Below, piece by piece: positions 34,174 through 42,741 of a DNA stretch of 64,000 nucleotides. The stretch lies in NCBI GenBank assembly GCA_964438045.1, contig CAYTIY010000001.1:132-64131 (forward strand), written 5' to 3'. Each line of letters opens with the position of its first letter. Position 1 is the stretch's first letter. The position numbers and the translations under genes are program-made. The notes beneath the pieces are model-generated. The model searched no databases. It was not told where the DNA came from and saw only the letters and a program-made list of their open reading frames with translations. This DNA comes from an uncultured Bacteroidales bacterium (lineage in GTDB: Bacteria > Bacteroidota > Bacteroidia > Bacteroidales > UBA1402).

Positions 34174-36744
34174 TTATTTGGATTGTTTCAGTTTTCCAAG
34201 ATATGTGGCGAGGCGTGCGTAGAGTACCTCTCGATTAATGGGCTTAACAATAATGTCCGAACACCCGCAACTTAGTGCCTTTTCCTTATCAGATTCCAGC
34301 GAATACGCAGTAAGCGCTATGATGGGCAACGAAGGATTGAACGCCTTTATCTGACGAGTGGCTTCGTATCCATCCATCACCGGCATCTTCAGATCCATCA
34401 AAACCAATTCGACAGCTGTATCTTTTGCCCTTTCAACGGCTTCCTGTCCATTTTTGGCACGAATCACTTCCACATTCAGTCGCTTCACCAGCTCACGGAT
34501 CAACATAAAGTTTAGATCTTCGTCCTCGGCTACCAAGATGGTCATTGCTACGTCGCCGTTAATACCGAGGGTTGGTAAAGTAGTCGCATTGTTTTTTACG
34601 CTCATGGTTGAAACAGGTTTGTATGGGAGCGTGAAATAAAAAGACGCACCCTTTCCAAGCAATGATTCCACCCATATTTTACCCCCATGAAGGTCAACAT
34701 ACGCTTTACAAATGGAAAGCCCCAGACCTGCCCCTCCATATTGACGGCTTATGGAACTTTCCACCTGACTGAAACGGTTGAAAATATCATCACGCATTGA
34801 TTCCGGAATACCAATACCCGAGTCCTTTACGAAGAATTCCAAAAAACCCTGTTTCACCATATAGCCAAAACGAACATATCCGGATTGAGTAAACTTGAAC
34901 GCATTGACCAGCAGGTTCGATACAATTTGTTGCAGTTTAGTTTCATCCGCCATGATGAGAGAGCGATCGTCGTCCAGCCCCCGGATGCACTCAAAAAGTA
35001 ATCCCTTTTCGGCCGCCTTCGATGTAAACTGATCCAATTCGAATTGCATCAGGTGATTGATATTCAGCTCTCCTTCTGTCAATTTTTCCTGACCGGCCTC
35101 AATTGTCGCAATTCGGACAATATCGTCAATAATGGAAAGCAATTGTTGGCTGCTTTGCTGTATGACCTGAATGAAGTGGTCCTTTTGCTGGGGTTGAATG
35201 ACAGGATCTGACAAGAATCCGGTAAATCCCATTATGGCATTCATGGGCGTTCGAATCTCGTGTGAAATATTGTGCAAAAACGCTGTTTTCAAGCGGTCAC
35301 TTTCCTCAGCCTTCAGCTTGGCCTTCATCAGTTCCTGTTCAAGGTTTTTCAACGACGTGATGTCTTTCGACACACCAAACGTACCAATTATGACACCTTC
35401 TTTGTTTTTCAAGGGAAATTTGGACGTAATAACCCAGGTAACACGACCATCTTGCCATGTTTCCATCTCCTCGACATTGATCATGGCACGACCTGTCCGC
35501 ATGATGGTTTGTTCGTCATCAAATGCTTTCTTTGCGTGTTCAGGTGAGAAAAAGTCAAAGTCCGTTTTGCCAATCAGTAAACGGTCATCATCGCTGGGTC
35601 CAAATACACGACCATACGCTTTATTAGAACGAATAATTCGGCTCTCCCTATCCTTAAAATAAATGACGTCCGGTGTATTGTCCATAAACGTATTCAACAA
35701 ATATTGCTCGGCGAGCAGTGCCTCTTCGGTACGCTTGTGCTGAGTGATGTCAAACTGCATTCCTTGTGAACCAATCACCTTTCCATTTTCATCGAGGATG
35801 GGCGTCTTTACCACCTGAAAATAATCGACCAAGCCATTCTCGTGCGGGTAAGACTCTTCTACGACAATAGGCATACCATGACGCATAATCCACTCATGAT
35901 GTTCCGTTCCCATCCCGGCCATCGTGCGTTGAATCGGCGGTTTGTGATACCCTCCGGATTGTTCTTTTTGTTCTTCATACAACGCCAGTTCACGGGGATT
36001 TTTTCCTACAATTTCTTCCTCTGACAAGCCTTTCAACTCACAGAATAACTTGTTCACATAGTCAAAACGGCCATCCTGTGTTTTGCGGAACACCCCGGCT
36101 GGAATGTGATTGACAAGGGAAGAATACAAGGCCCTCGACTCAATCAGTTTCTTTCTGTATCCCCAGTTTTCAACGCGCCTTAGCATGATCAAACCCAACA
36201 GCATGGTTCCAGCCGGATACAGCAAGATGATTGGAAGCACCATATATTTCAACGTAGGCAAGACCATCGCTTTTGGCAGCAGCAATGTTGAGAGCAACAT
36301 GACCAAATGCACACACACCCCCATTAGCAACATTGTTCCCCACTTGGCAGGCTTACGGTTGAATCGAGTTGGAACGCCCCAAAGAATCCCTATCAATCCC
36401 GATGTGAAAATCACAAAAACGCCCATCCATTGACCGGCACCGCCAATAGCAATGCGATAAACAGACAAAAGGACCATGGACACCAAAGTTGGAACTGGCC
36501 CGATAAAAAAACCGGAAACAGCCAACAGAATGGATCGAGTATCGAAGAATAATCCAGGATTCAAAGTCCATGGAGTCAACATCAACAAAAATCCGATGAG
36601 GGCAATCAGCATTCCAGCCAAAAACTTACCGTACCATTTGCGGATGATTTCACCTTGTATCCACAAGTAGTCATACAACAACACCGCCGAAATAAGAATG
36701 GCTGTATTCTGAAGCAGACTGATGAAAAGGGATTGTGCTACCAT
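34174..36744 (-). CDS. Hybrid sensor histidine kinase: 5TMR-LYT-type membrane domain, PAS domains, HisKA, HATPase_c, C-terminal receiver
   Basis: 856 aa. The hydrophobic N-terminal ~190 aa has 5-6 TM segments. PAS-like regions follow. The H-box is FLHNISHEIRTPMNAIMGF. ATPase motifs are DSGIGI and GGAGLGLSICK. The receiver is ILVAEDEDLN...VLMDLKMPVMDGYE. Confidence 0.85.
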   Translation of the reverse strand: MVAQSLFISLLQNTAILISAVLLYDYLWIQGEIIRKWYGKFLAGMLIALIGFLLMLTPWTLNPGLFFDTRSILLAVSGFFIGPVPTLVSMVLLSVYRIAIGGAGQWMGVFVIFTSGLIGILWGVPTRFNRKPAKWGTMLLMGVCVHLVMLLSTLLLPKAMVLPTLKYMVLPIILLYPAGTMLLGLIMLRRVENWGYRKKLIESRALYSSLVNHIPAGVFRKTQDGRFDYVNKLFCELKGLSEEEIVGKNPRELALYEEQKEQSGGYHKPPIQRTMAGMGTEHHEWIMRHGMPIVVEESYPHENGLVDYFQVVKTPILDENGKVIGSQGMQFDITQHKRTEEALLAEQYLLNTFMDNTPDVIYFKDRESRIIRSNKAYGRVFGPSDDDRLLIGKTDFDFFSPEHAKKAFDDEQTIMRTGRAMINVEEMETWQDGRVTWVITSKFPLKNKEGVIIGTFGVSKDITSLKNLEQELMKAKLKAEESDRLKTAFLHNISHEIRTPMNAIMGFTGFLSDPVIQPQQKDHFIQVIQQSSQQLLSIIDDIVRIATIEAGQEKLTEGELNINHLMQFELDQFTSKAAEKGLLFECIRGLDDDRSLIMADETKLQQIVSNLLVNAFKFTQSGYVRFGYMVKQGFLEFFVKDSGIGIPESMRDDIFNRFSQVESSISRQYGGAGLGLSICKAYVDLHGGKIWVESLLGKGASFYFTLPYKPVSTMSVKNNATTLPTLGINGDVAMTILVAEDEDLNFMLIRELVKRLNVEVIRAKNGQEAVERAKDTAVELVLMDLKMPVMDGYEATRQIKAFNPSLPIIALTAYSLESDKEKALSCGCSDIIVKPINREVLYARLATYLGKLKQSK

Positions 36745-36904
36745 GGAATTGTTTGCAGAAAGAAGCCTAACAGGTTGTCATGCGTAAATTTGTTCCAAAA
36801 CCAAATGTACAAAAAATATTTTTCAACCATCATTCCCAACCGGGCAATTATCTTGGAATCATATCAACGTTTAGACAAAGACAGATTGGCAGCAGCCATC
36901 GGAT

Positions 36905-36942
36905 GAAAAAGCAAAGAGGCCACCTGTGACAGGCAGCCTCTT
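36905..36942 (-). terminator. Rho-independent terminator of the ferredoxin gene
   Basis: aagaggc (36914-36920) pairs with gcctctt (36936-36942), with an inner cctgt/acagg pairing. On the minus strand it is followed by TGCTTTTTC. Confidence 0.55.
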
Positions 36943-36964
36943 AAAACTTCTGAATTAAGTTAGT

Positions 36965-37132
36965 TTATGCCGGATGAATAGCTTCAACCGGACAAACGTC
37001 GGCGCAGGTACCGCAATCGGTGCAAATTTCCGGATCAATCTTGTAGATATCTCCCTCGGAAATGGCTTCCACCGGACATTCATCGATACACGTACCGCAG
37101 GCGATGCAATCTTCACTAATTACGTGAGCCAT
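36965..37132 (-). CDS. 2x[4Fe-4S] clostridial-type ferredoxin (55 aa), missing from the ORF track
   Basis: The hand translation of the minus strand is MAHVISEDCIACGTCIDECPVEAISEGDIYKIDPEICTDCGTCADVCPVEAIHPA-stop, with two CxxCxxCxxxCP motifs. The ATG is at 37130-37132 and the TAA at 36965-36967. Confidence 0.85.
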   Translation of the reverse strand: MAHVISEDCIACGTCIDECPVEAISEGDIYKIDPEICTDCGTCADVCPVEAIHPA

Positions 37133-37167
37133 GATAAAAATAATTTAATGAGTGTTACTTGACAGGG

Positions 37168-37198
37168 CAAATGTACGTAAAAATGCATGACTTCCAAA
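37168..37198 (-). promoter_or_regulatory. Full Bacteroidota-type promoter (TTTG-N19-TACATTTG) for the ferredoxin gene
   Basis: The plus-strand caaatgta (37168-37175) and caaa (37195-37198) are separated by 19 nt. The -7 box ends 35 nt upstream of the ATG. Confidence 0.5.
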
Positions 37199-37305
37199 TA
37201 AACCGGCAATAAATCCTGCCGAAATTCGTTTGTATATTTCGCAGGACACCTGACTGTTATTCAGCCCAGCTGAGTGGTCCGGACTTTTCTTTTGAATGTC
37301 ATTTC

Positions 37306-38022
37306 ATGAAACAAACCCACATACATCGACTTATATATTTTTTTCTCCTGGTAGCAATCCCCTTGACTCTACCCGCTCAGAAAAAGGTGCAATACCTGCA
37401 ATATGAAGATTTGAAGCCCTATCACTTCGGTTTTCTGGTAGGCACGCACACGCAGGACCTGGTTCTGTCCCACTCGGGCACCATAGATGCCGAGGGCAAC
37501 CGCTGGTACGGAAGTGTGCCCACTTACGCCCCGGGGTTTTCAGTTGGTGTTCTGGGAGACCTACGACTGGCAGATTTTCTTAGCTTGCGTTCTTCACCCA
37601 CCATCCATTTTGGAAGCAAGAATGTGGCACTCACCTCTGATGCTCAAGGATCAGAAATCGTCCGCTCTGAAATCCGCTCAAATTATTTCATGTTGCCCCT
37701 AAGCCTTCGGTATAGAGGAGCCCGTACGGACAATTACAGACCCTACCTGATGGGCGGAGTGAGCGCAGGCATCGACATGGGAAGGGACAAACACGAGCCC
37801 CTCCTATTGACACGCATTCACCCTTATGTTGAATTCGGAGTTGGTTGTGACTTGTACCTGCCTTATTTCAGACTTGTACCTGAACTGAAGTTCTGCCTCG
37901 GATTGAACGACATACTGATCCACCATAGAACAGACCAGGACAGCGAAGCCTTTCTGCGATATACCAACGCTTTCGATCGCATTACCTCGCGATTGCTGGT
38001 ACTTTCCCTTCAGTTCGAATAG
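37306..38022 (+). CDS. porT: PorT/SprT-like outer-membrane beta-barrel protein (T9SS-associated family)
   Basis: 238 aa with a signal peptide. The N-terminal YEDLKPYHFGFLVGTHTQD resembles the conserved PorT opening (yD.k..HFGF.lG). Alternating beta-strand patterns follow, and the protein ends SLQFE. Confidence 0.55.
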   Translation: MKQTHIHRLIYFFLLVAIPLTLPAQKKVQYLQYEDLKPYHFGFLVGTHTQDLVLSHSGTIDAEGNRWYGSVPTYAPGFSVGVLGDLRLADFLSLRSSPTIHFGSKNVALTSDAQGSEIVRSEIRSNYFMLPLSLRYRGARTDNYRPYLMGGVSAGIDMGRDKHEPLLLTRIHPYVEFGVGCDLYLPYFRLVPELKFCLGLNDILIHHRTDQDSEAFLRYTNAFDRITSRLLVLSLQFE

Positions 38023-38032
38023 AACAGGTCGG

Positions 38033-38908
38033 TTATTCTACAAGCAGATCCAGTCTTCCTATGTACAGACCCCCCTTTCCGGCCTGATTGATAATGACGT
38101 TTTCACCATTCAGGTTCTGAACCACGGTTGGCTCCTTCAATAATGTATGCGAATGACCACCCAATATGACATCAATGTTTCGGGTTCGTGCTCCCAGCAT
38201 CAGATCGTCCGGAATCTGCCCTTTCATATCATACCCCAGGTGGGACAAGCAGATCACAAGGCTGCACTTCTTTGATTCCTTCAACCATAAGGCCGTCTTT
38301 TCAGCTGTCTCTACCGGATCCAAATACACAACCCCCTTGAAATTCCCTTTGTCTATAAGGCGCTCAGGGTTAATATTGGCGCTTACCACACCTACACGCA
38401 GATTTCCGCAACGAGTCACCAACCATGGCACCACAAGGCCCTCCAAGTCACTGCCTGCCACCTTGTAATTGGTACAGACTACAGGAAACCTGGCTTTTTT
38501 CAACATGACTGCCAACGCTGCAACCCCGTTGTCAAACTCGTGATTGCCCAACGTGATGGCTGTAGGTTTGAGACCATTCAACATGGTTATCTCAGCTTCA
38601 CCCCTGAAAAAGTTGAAATAGGGCGTGCCTTGCACGAAGTCACCGGATTCAAATACCAGCACATGGGATTCTTCCGACCTGATTAGACGGCACATGGCTT
38701 CCCAACGAAGAATGCCACCTTTATCAGGATGCTTCGGGTCATCTTTTGGAAGCGGATCCAGTTGGCTGTGCAGGTCGTTGGCATGCAGAATGACCAATGG
38801 AACCTCGGCCGACACAAATCCACCCGCAGCAACCGACAAAAGCACACAGAGGAAAAAAGCGCTGCACCTTTCGCTCTTTGTTCCCATGGTATTGATATTC
38901 TCTTTCAT
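38033..38908 (-). CDS. Secreted metallophosphoesterase (UshA/5'-nucleotidase N-terminal catalytic domain)
   Basis: Motifs are LVILHANDLHSQL, GDFVQGTPYFNFF, LGNHEFDNG and GGHSHT. Its ATG overlaps the upstream stop as ATGA (38905-38908). Confidence 0.8.
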   Translation of the reverse strand: MKENINTMGTKSERCSAFFLCVLLSVAAGGFVSAEVPLVILHANDLHSQLDPLPKDDPKHPDKGGILRWEAMCRLIRSEESHVLVFESGDFVQGTPYFNFFRGEAEITMLNGLKPTAITLGNHEFDNGVAALAVMLKKARFPVVCTNYKVAGSDLEGLVVPWLVTRCGNLRVGVVSANINPERLIDKGNFKGVVYLDPVETAEKTALWLKESKKCSLVICLSHLGYDMKGQIPDDLMLGARTRNIDVILGGHSHTLLKEPTVVQNLNGENVIINQAGKGGLYIGRLDLLVE

Positions 38909-39654
38909 GGTAAAACAGTTATTCGACCATCCAATGATGCCTGAACAAGCTTTCCAGCGGCCGTCAGTTTTTCAATTTGCCGGATATAGCAATCCCTGAC
39001 CTTGCAGCCAAGGTTCGTTGTTTCATCGGCCTTTAAAAGTGCCGATAAACCACCGTTCCCCCTGGCCAGGTAATCGAAGGTAGCAAGAACATATGTCTTG
39101 TTCTCATCGATGGGTTCACCACCCACAGTGGCCTGTTGGACCACTCCGTTTCGACACGTCAAACGAGCACCGGACAAACCCTCGCCTCCAACCCTGGCTA
39201 TTTGTTGAAACAACGACATGACATGCTTCCCCTTGATTTTCAGCAGAACAAGCTCATCTTCAAACGGCACTACCCTAAAAATGGCCTCTTCGGTCAGGAT
39301 GCCCTTGTTCAATGCGGCCCTGATGCCTCCTATATTAATGACGGACAGATCTACATTGGTCATTGACAGCGCTCGGGCTTCTTCCAGCAACTGGTCGGCC
39401 AAAAAGTTCGAAAGGGGACTCTCGGGCCTGCCGGCTGTCATCCTGCTTGTGACCGTGCCGATCTGCCTTACCACTGACTGCCCCATTTTTCGCTTAAAGT
39501 CAGCAAGCTGCTTCCTCATGGATGCATTCAGATTGGCGTCATATTCCGCCGTTACCTCCAATTGGCTAGCCGATCGCATGGTTATCCTTGCCGTTGCATG
39601 GTTGAACCATATGCCGGACAGGAGTAATAACAAGACGAAAAGAGTCTGTTTCAT
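38905..39654 (-). CDS. 5'-nucleotidase C-terminal (substrate-binding) domain protein
   Basis: 249 aa with a signal peptide. ESPLSNFLADQLLEEA, VINIGGIRA, PFEDELVLLKIKG and TFDYLARGNGG match the UshA C-domain pattern. Confidence 0.75.
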   Translation of the reverse strand: MKQTLFVLLLLLSGIWFNHATARITMRSASQLEVTAEYDANLNASMRKQLADFKRKMGQSVVRQIGTVTSRMTAGRPESPLSNFLADQLLEEARALSMTNVDLSVINIGGIRAALNKGILTEEAIFRVVPFEDELVLLKIKGKHVMSLFQQIARVGGEGLSGARLTCRNGVVQQATVGGEPIDENKTYVLATFDYLARGNGGLSALLKADETTNLGCKVRDCYIRQIEKLTAAGKLVQASLDGRITVLP

Positions 39655-39811
39655 GGGCAGGTTTTGCTGGCTAATTTAGGCAAAAAACGGCTGACACTCT
39701 TGTGGATGCAGTTTTTTTTTCATTCCTTTGCATCCGCTTTGCGTAATCGCTGGCAGGAATAAGTGTAGCCTGTTATGTTGCGCCAGTCTGTAATCTATAA
39801 TTCCGTTTATC

Positions 39812-40159
39812 ATGGATTTAATGAAAGTGGCCGAACAGGCCTTCGCCACAGGGAAGGAACACCCCGCATTCAAAAGTGGCGACACCGTAACCATCGCTTA
39901 TCGTATCAAAGAAGGCAACAAGGAACGTATTCAGCAGTACCGCGGCGTTGTCATCAAGATCAACGGTCACGGCGAAAAGAAACGCTTTACCGTTCGCAAG
40001 ATGTCCGAGAACGTTGGTGTGGAACGTATTTTCCCGATTGAATCTCCGTTTATCGAAAGCATCACGGTAAACAAAGTGGGCAAGGTACGTCGCGCAAAAC
40101 TGTACTACCTGCGTAAACTCACCGGTAAAAAAGCCCGTATCAAGGAAAAACGCTCCTGA
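39812..40159 (+). CDS. rplS: 50S ribosomal protein L19
   Basis: 115 aa. [60 protein letters not shown] is the L19 signature. Confidence 0.95.
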   Translation: MDLMKVAEQAFATGKEHPAFKSGDTVTIAYRIKEGNKERIQQYRGVVIKINGHGEKKRFTVRKMSENVGVERIFPIESPFIESITVNKVGKVRRAKLYYLRKLTGKKARIKEKRS

Positions 40160-40206
40160 TCAAAACGGGGCTCTTGCCGCAACAAGGCTTCATTTACTCA
40201 TAGAAT

Positions 40207-40238
40207 GGCATCCTTTCTCGAAAAGGATGCCATTTTTT
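40207..40238 (+). terminator. Rho-independent terminator of rplS
   Basis: ggcatccttt (40207-40216) pairs with aaaggatgcc (40222-40231) around a 5-nt loop, followed by ATTTTTTAT. Confidence 0.7.
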
Positions 40239-40281
40239 ATTGTTTTTGCGTATTTTTGGGCACTATTTTGATCACACATTC

Positions 40282-42723
40282 ATGTTAAAACGCCTATCAA
40301 TCACGGTCTTTTCGTTGGCCTTACTGAGTATATCGACCTATTCGGCAGAGAACCCAAACATGGCCACAGTCGGCCAAACCGTTATTTCCAGACTGACCAC
40401 ACAGCTTAAGGGTTTTCCGCAAGAAAAAATTTACCTGCATCTGGACAAACCCTATTACGCCGTTGGTGAAAAGATCTGGTTCAGGGCCCACATGGTCCAC
40501 GCCGCCTTGAGCCTACCCTATGAGCTGAGCCGCTACATCTATGTCGAACTGATTGACAGCAAGGATGTGGTGGTCTTACGCGAGAAAGTCAGACCTATAG
40601 ACGGTATGTATTACGGTCAGATGCCGCTTTCGACCGATTTTACCGAAGGATGGTACTCCATCAGGGCATACACCAATTACATGCGCAATGTTGATGAAGG
40701 GTTCTTCTACCGGAGAACGCTCTACATTGGCAACAACCTGCGCGAACAAGAAAAAGCCAAGAAGGACATCTACACCAAACAATCAACAGGACTCACATCG
40801 TCGCCTTTCCAAATACACTTCTATCCCGAGGGGAACCACCTTATTCCCGGCAATGTCCAGGCAATCGGAATCAGGTCGACAAAGGCCGATGGCAGCCCGG
40901 TCAATGTTACCGGAAAACTATTGGATGCGAAAAACAACGAAATCGGCACATTCAACACGCATATGGGAGTTGGACTGGTCCACATCATGCCGGAAGAAGG
41001 ACAACTCTATGCTGCAACCTGCAAGGATGAACAGGGCAACCTCCAAACGGTAAAACTGCCGCTTGTTTCCATAAAGGATTTCGCTTTGTCTGTAAAACAA
41101 AACAAATCGGCCATCCAGGTTTCACTCCAGACTCCAGGCGGCAATCCACTCACCGACACCCTTCTGCTGGTAATCCATCAACGGGGCATACCGTTGTTCC
41201 AGGATTACTTTGCATCAGACAGAAATGAACTCACACTCTCAAGCAAAAACTTTCAGGAAGGACTGTTGCAATTTATGCTGATCGACAGGCAATACAACGT
41301 ACTGAGCGAACGTCAGATCTTCATACAGGAACAAAACAGGGCTCAAGTCACGGTCACAACCGACAAGGCCACTTATAGGCGGCGCGAGCGGGTCAATGCG
41401 ACCATCCAACTGACAGACGCTGCGGGAAAACCAATCAAGGGAAATTTCTCAGTCAGTGTAACCGATGACGCCGATGTTGTCTACGACCAGGATGGCGAAA
41501 CCATTGAAAGCCGATTGATGCTTCAATCGGAAACACAACACGCACTGTTCAACCCTGGCTATTACCTGAAAATCGATAACAAACAGGCGGCTTCAGAATT
41601 GGACATGCTGATGTTGACACATCCGTGGACACGGTACGACCTATCCTCTGTCATGAAGGGAACAATCAAAAAGGGTGACGCGTATCTCCTTGAACGTGGA
41701 TCCTCCATTTCCGGTCAGGTGATGAGTTACCCCAGCAAAAAAGGATTGCCGGGAAACCATGTTTCATTGTTTATTCCAAAACCAAGCCATGTCGATGCCA
41801 AGAGCACCGATAAGAACGGTCTTTTTTACTTTGACGGATTTGAATTTCCCGACAGTACAAAGATCATGCTCGAAGCCAAAGTTTCCTTGTCCAGCTTTAT
41901 TCGATTGATTGTTGACAAAGACAGTTTTCCCGATGTCAGGCTGACGTTGCCAATCATAAACGAACCAACGCTGAAATCCACCATGAAATCGTTTATGAAC
42001 AAAAGTCGTGAACGGTATTTTCAGGAAACCGGCGTAAGGATCATCAACCTGAAAGAAGTCGAGGTCGTGGCTCAAAAACAGGAAAAGGAAAAACTCGAAC
42101 GATTCAGACTCGATCGGGGAGTCGCGTATTTCAGTCCAAATCATACCATCAAGCAAGACCGCTTGGAGACAGCTAATTCAATAATGGACTTATTGATAAC
42201 CGTACCCGGTGTTTCGTTGAATCCAGACGGGACAGGCGTACTGATGCGCAACAAAACTCCCTTGATCATGGTAGACAACATCAAACGCGACATGAATGAG
42301 TTGACCATGATCACGCCCACTGAAGTCGAGCTGATCGACATCCTCAAAGAGGCGTCCGATCTGGCGGCATATGGTACAAGCGGTGCCAATGGCGTCATAT
42401 TCATCCATCTCAAACGGGGAGAAGCGGCTACCCATTCGAAAGAACCCGAATCCAATCAAGCCATTATCCAACCTTTGGGCTATTGTGTACCGGAGACCTT
42501 TCCACAACCCAATTACTTAAACTCGGATATCAGGCTGAACGGCATTCCCGATTTAAGAAGCACCTTATTCTGGAAACCAAACGTTGTGTGTGATGCAAAT
42601 GGAAAAGCTACGGTAAACTACTTTATGGGAGACAATCAGGGATCTTGCACCCTTACAATCGAGGGTGTTACCCCGGATGGAAAAATTATTCGCTATCAGG
42701 GAAAAATAAACTCCCGGAAATAA
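40282..42723 (+). CDS. Large secreted protein with MG2-like (alpha-2-macroglobulin-type) N-terminal region and a TonB-receptor plug-like C-terminal region but no barrel
   Basis: The ATG is at 40282 (MLKRLSITVFSLALLSISTYSAE); the track start is TTG. YLHLDKPYYAVGEKIWFRAHMV resembles the MG2 motif. ANSIMDLLITVPGVSLNPDG...LIMVDNI...AAYGTSGANGVIFIHLKRG resembles a plug domain. Confidence 0.5.
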   Translation: MLKRLSITVFSLALLSISTYSAENPNMATVGQTVISRLTTQLKGFPQEKIYLHLDKPYYAVGEKIWFRAHMVHAALSLPYELSRYIYVELIDSKDVVVLREKVRPIDGMYYGQMPLSTDFTEGWYSIRAYTNYMRNVDEGFFYRRTLYIGNNLREQEKAKKDIYTKQSTGLTSSPFQIHFYPEGNHLIPGNVQAIGIRSTKADGSPVNVTGKLLDAKNNEIGTFNTHMGVGLVHIMPEEGQLYAATCKDEQGNLQTVKLPLVSIKDFALSVKQNKSAIQVSLQTPGGNPLTDTLLLVIHQRGIPLFQDYFASDRNELTLSSKNFQEGLLQFMLIDRQYNVLSERQIFIQEQNRAQVTVTTDKATYRRRERVNATIQLTDAAGKPIKGNFSVSVTDDADVVYDQDGETIESRLMLQSETQHALFNPGYYLKIDNKQAASELDMLMLTHPWTRYDLSSVMKGTIKKGDAYLLERGSSISGQVMSYPSKKGLPGNHVSLFIPKPSHVDAKSTDKNGLFYFDGFEFPDSTKIMLEAKVSLSSFIRLIVDKDSFPDVRLTLPIINEPTLKSTMKSFMNKSRERYFQETGVRIINLKEVEVVAQKQEKEKLERFRLDRGVAYFSPNHTIKQDRLETANSIMDLLITVPGVSLNPDGTGVLMRNKTPLIMVDNIKRDMNELTMITPTEVELIDILKEASDLAAYGTSGANGVIFIHLKRGEAATHSKEPESNQAIIQPLGYCVPETFPQPNYLNSDIRLNGIPDLRSTLFWKPNVVCDANGKATVNYFMGDNQGSCTLTIEGVTPDGKIIRYQGKINSRK

Positions 42724-42741
42724 GCCACCTGTAATCGGATA

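Noticed and set aside
10557-36964. Whether the accessory region is a mobile genomic island.
   Set aside because: I could find no integrase, transposase, conjugation gene, flanking tRNA or direct repeats at the borders. I cannot compute composition reliably by eye, so horizontal origin remains untested rather than supported.
39704-39735. An inverted repeat ggatgca/tgcatcc with a T9-containing loop upstream of rplS, as a possible ribosomal-protein leader or terminator.
   Set aside because: Both flanking genes diverge from this region, so no terminator is needed. I know of no L19 leader in Bacteroidota, and a 7-bp stem alone is insufficient evidence.
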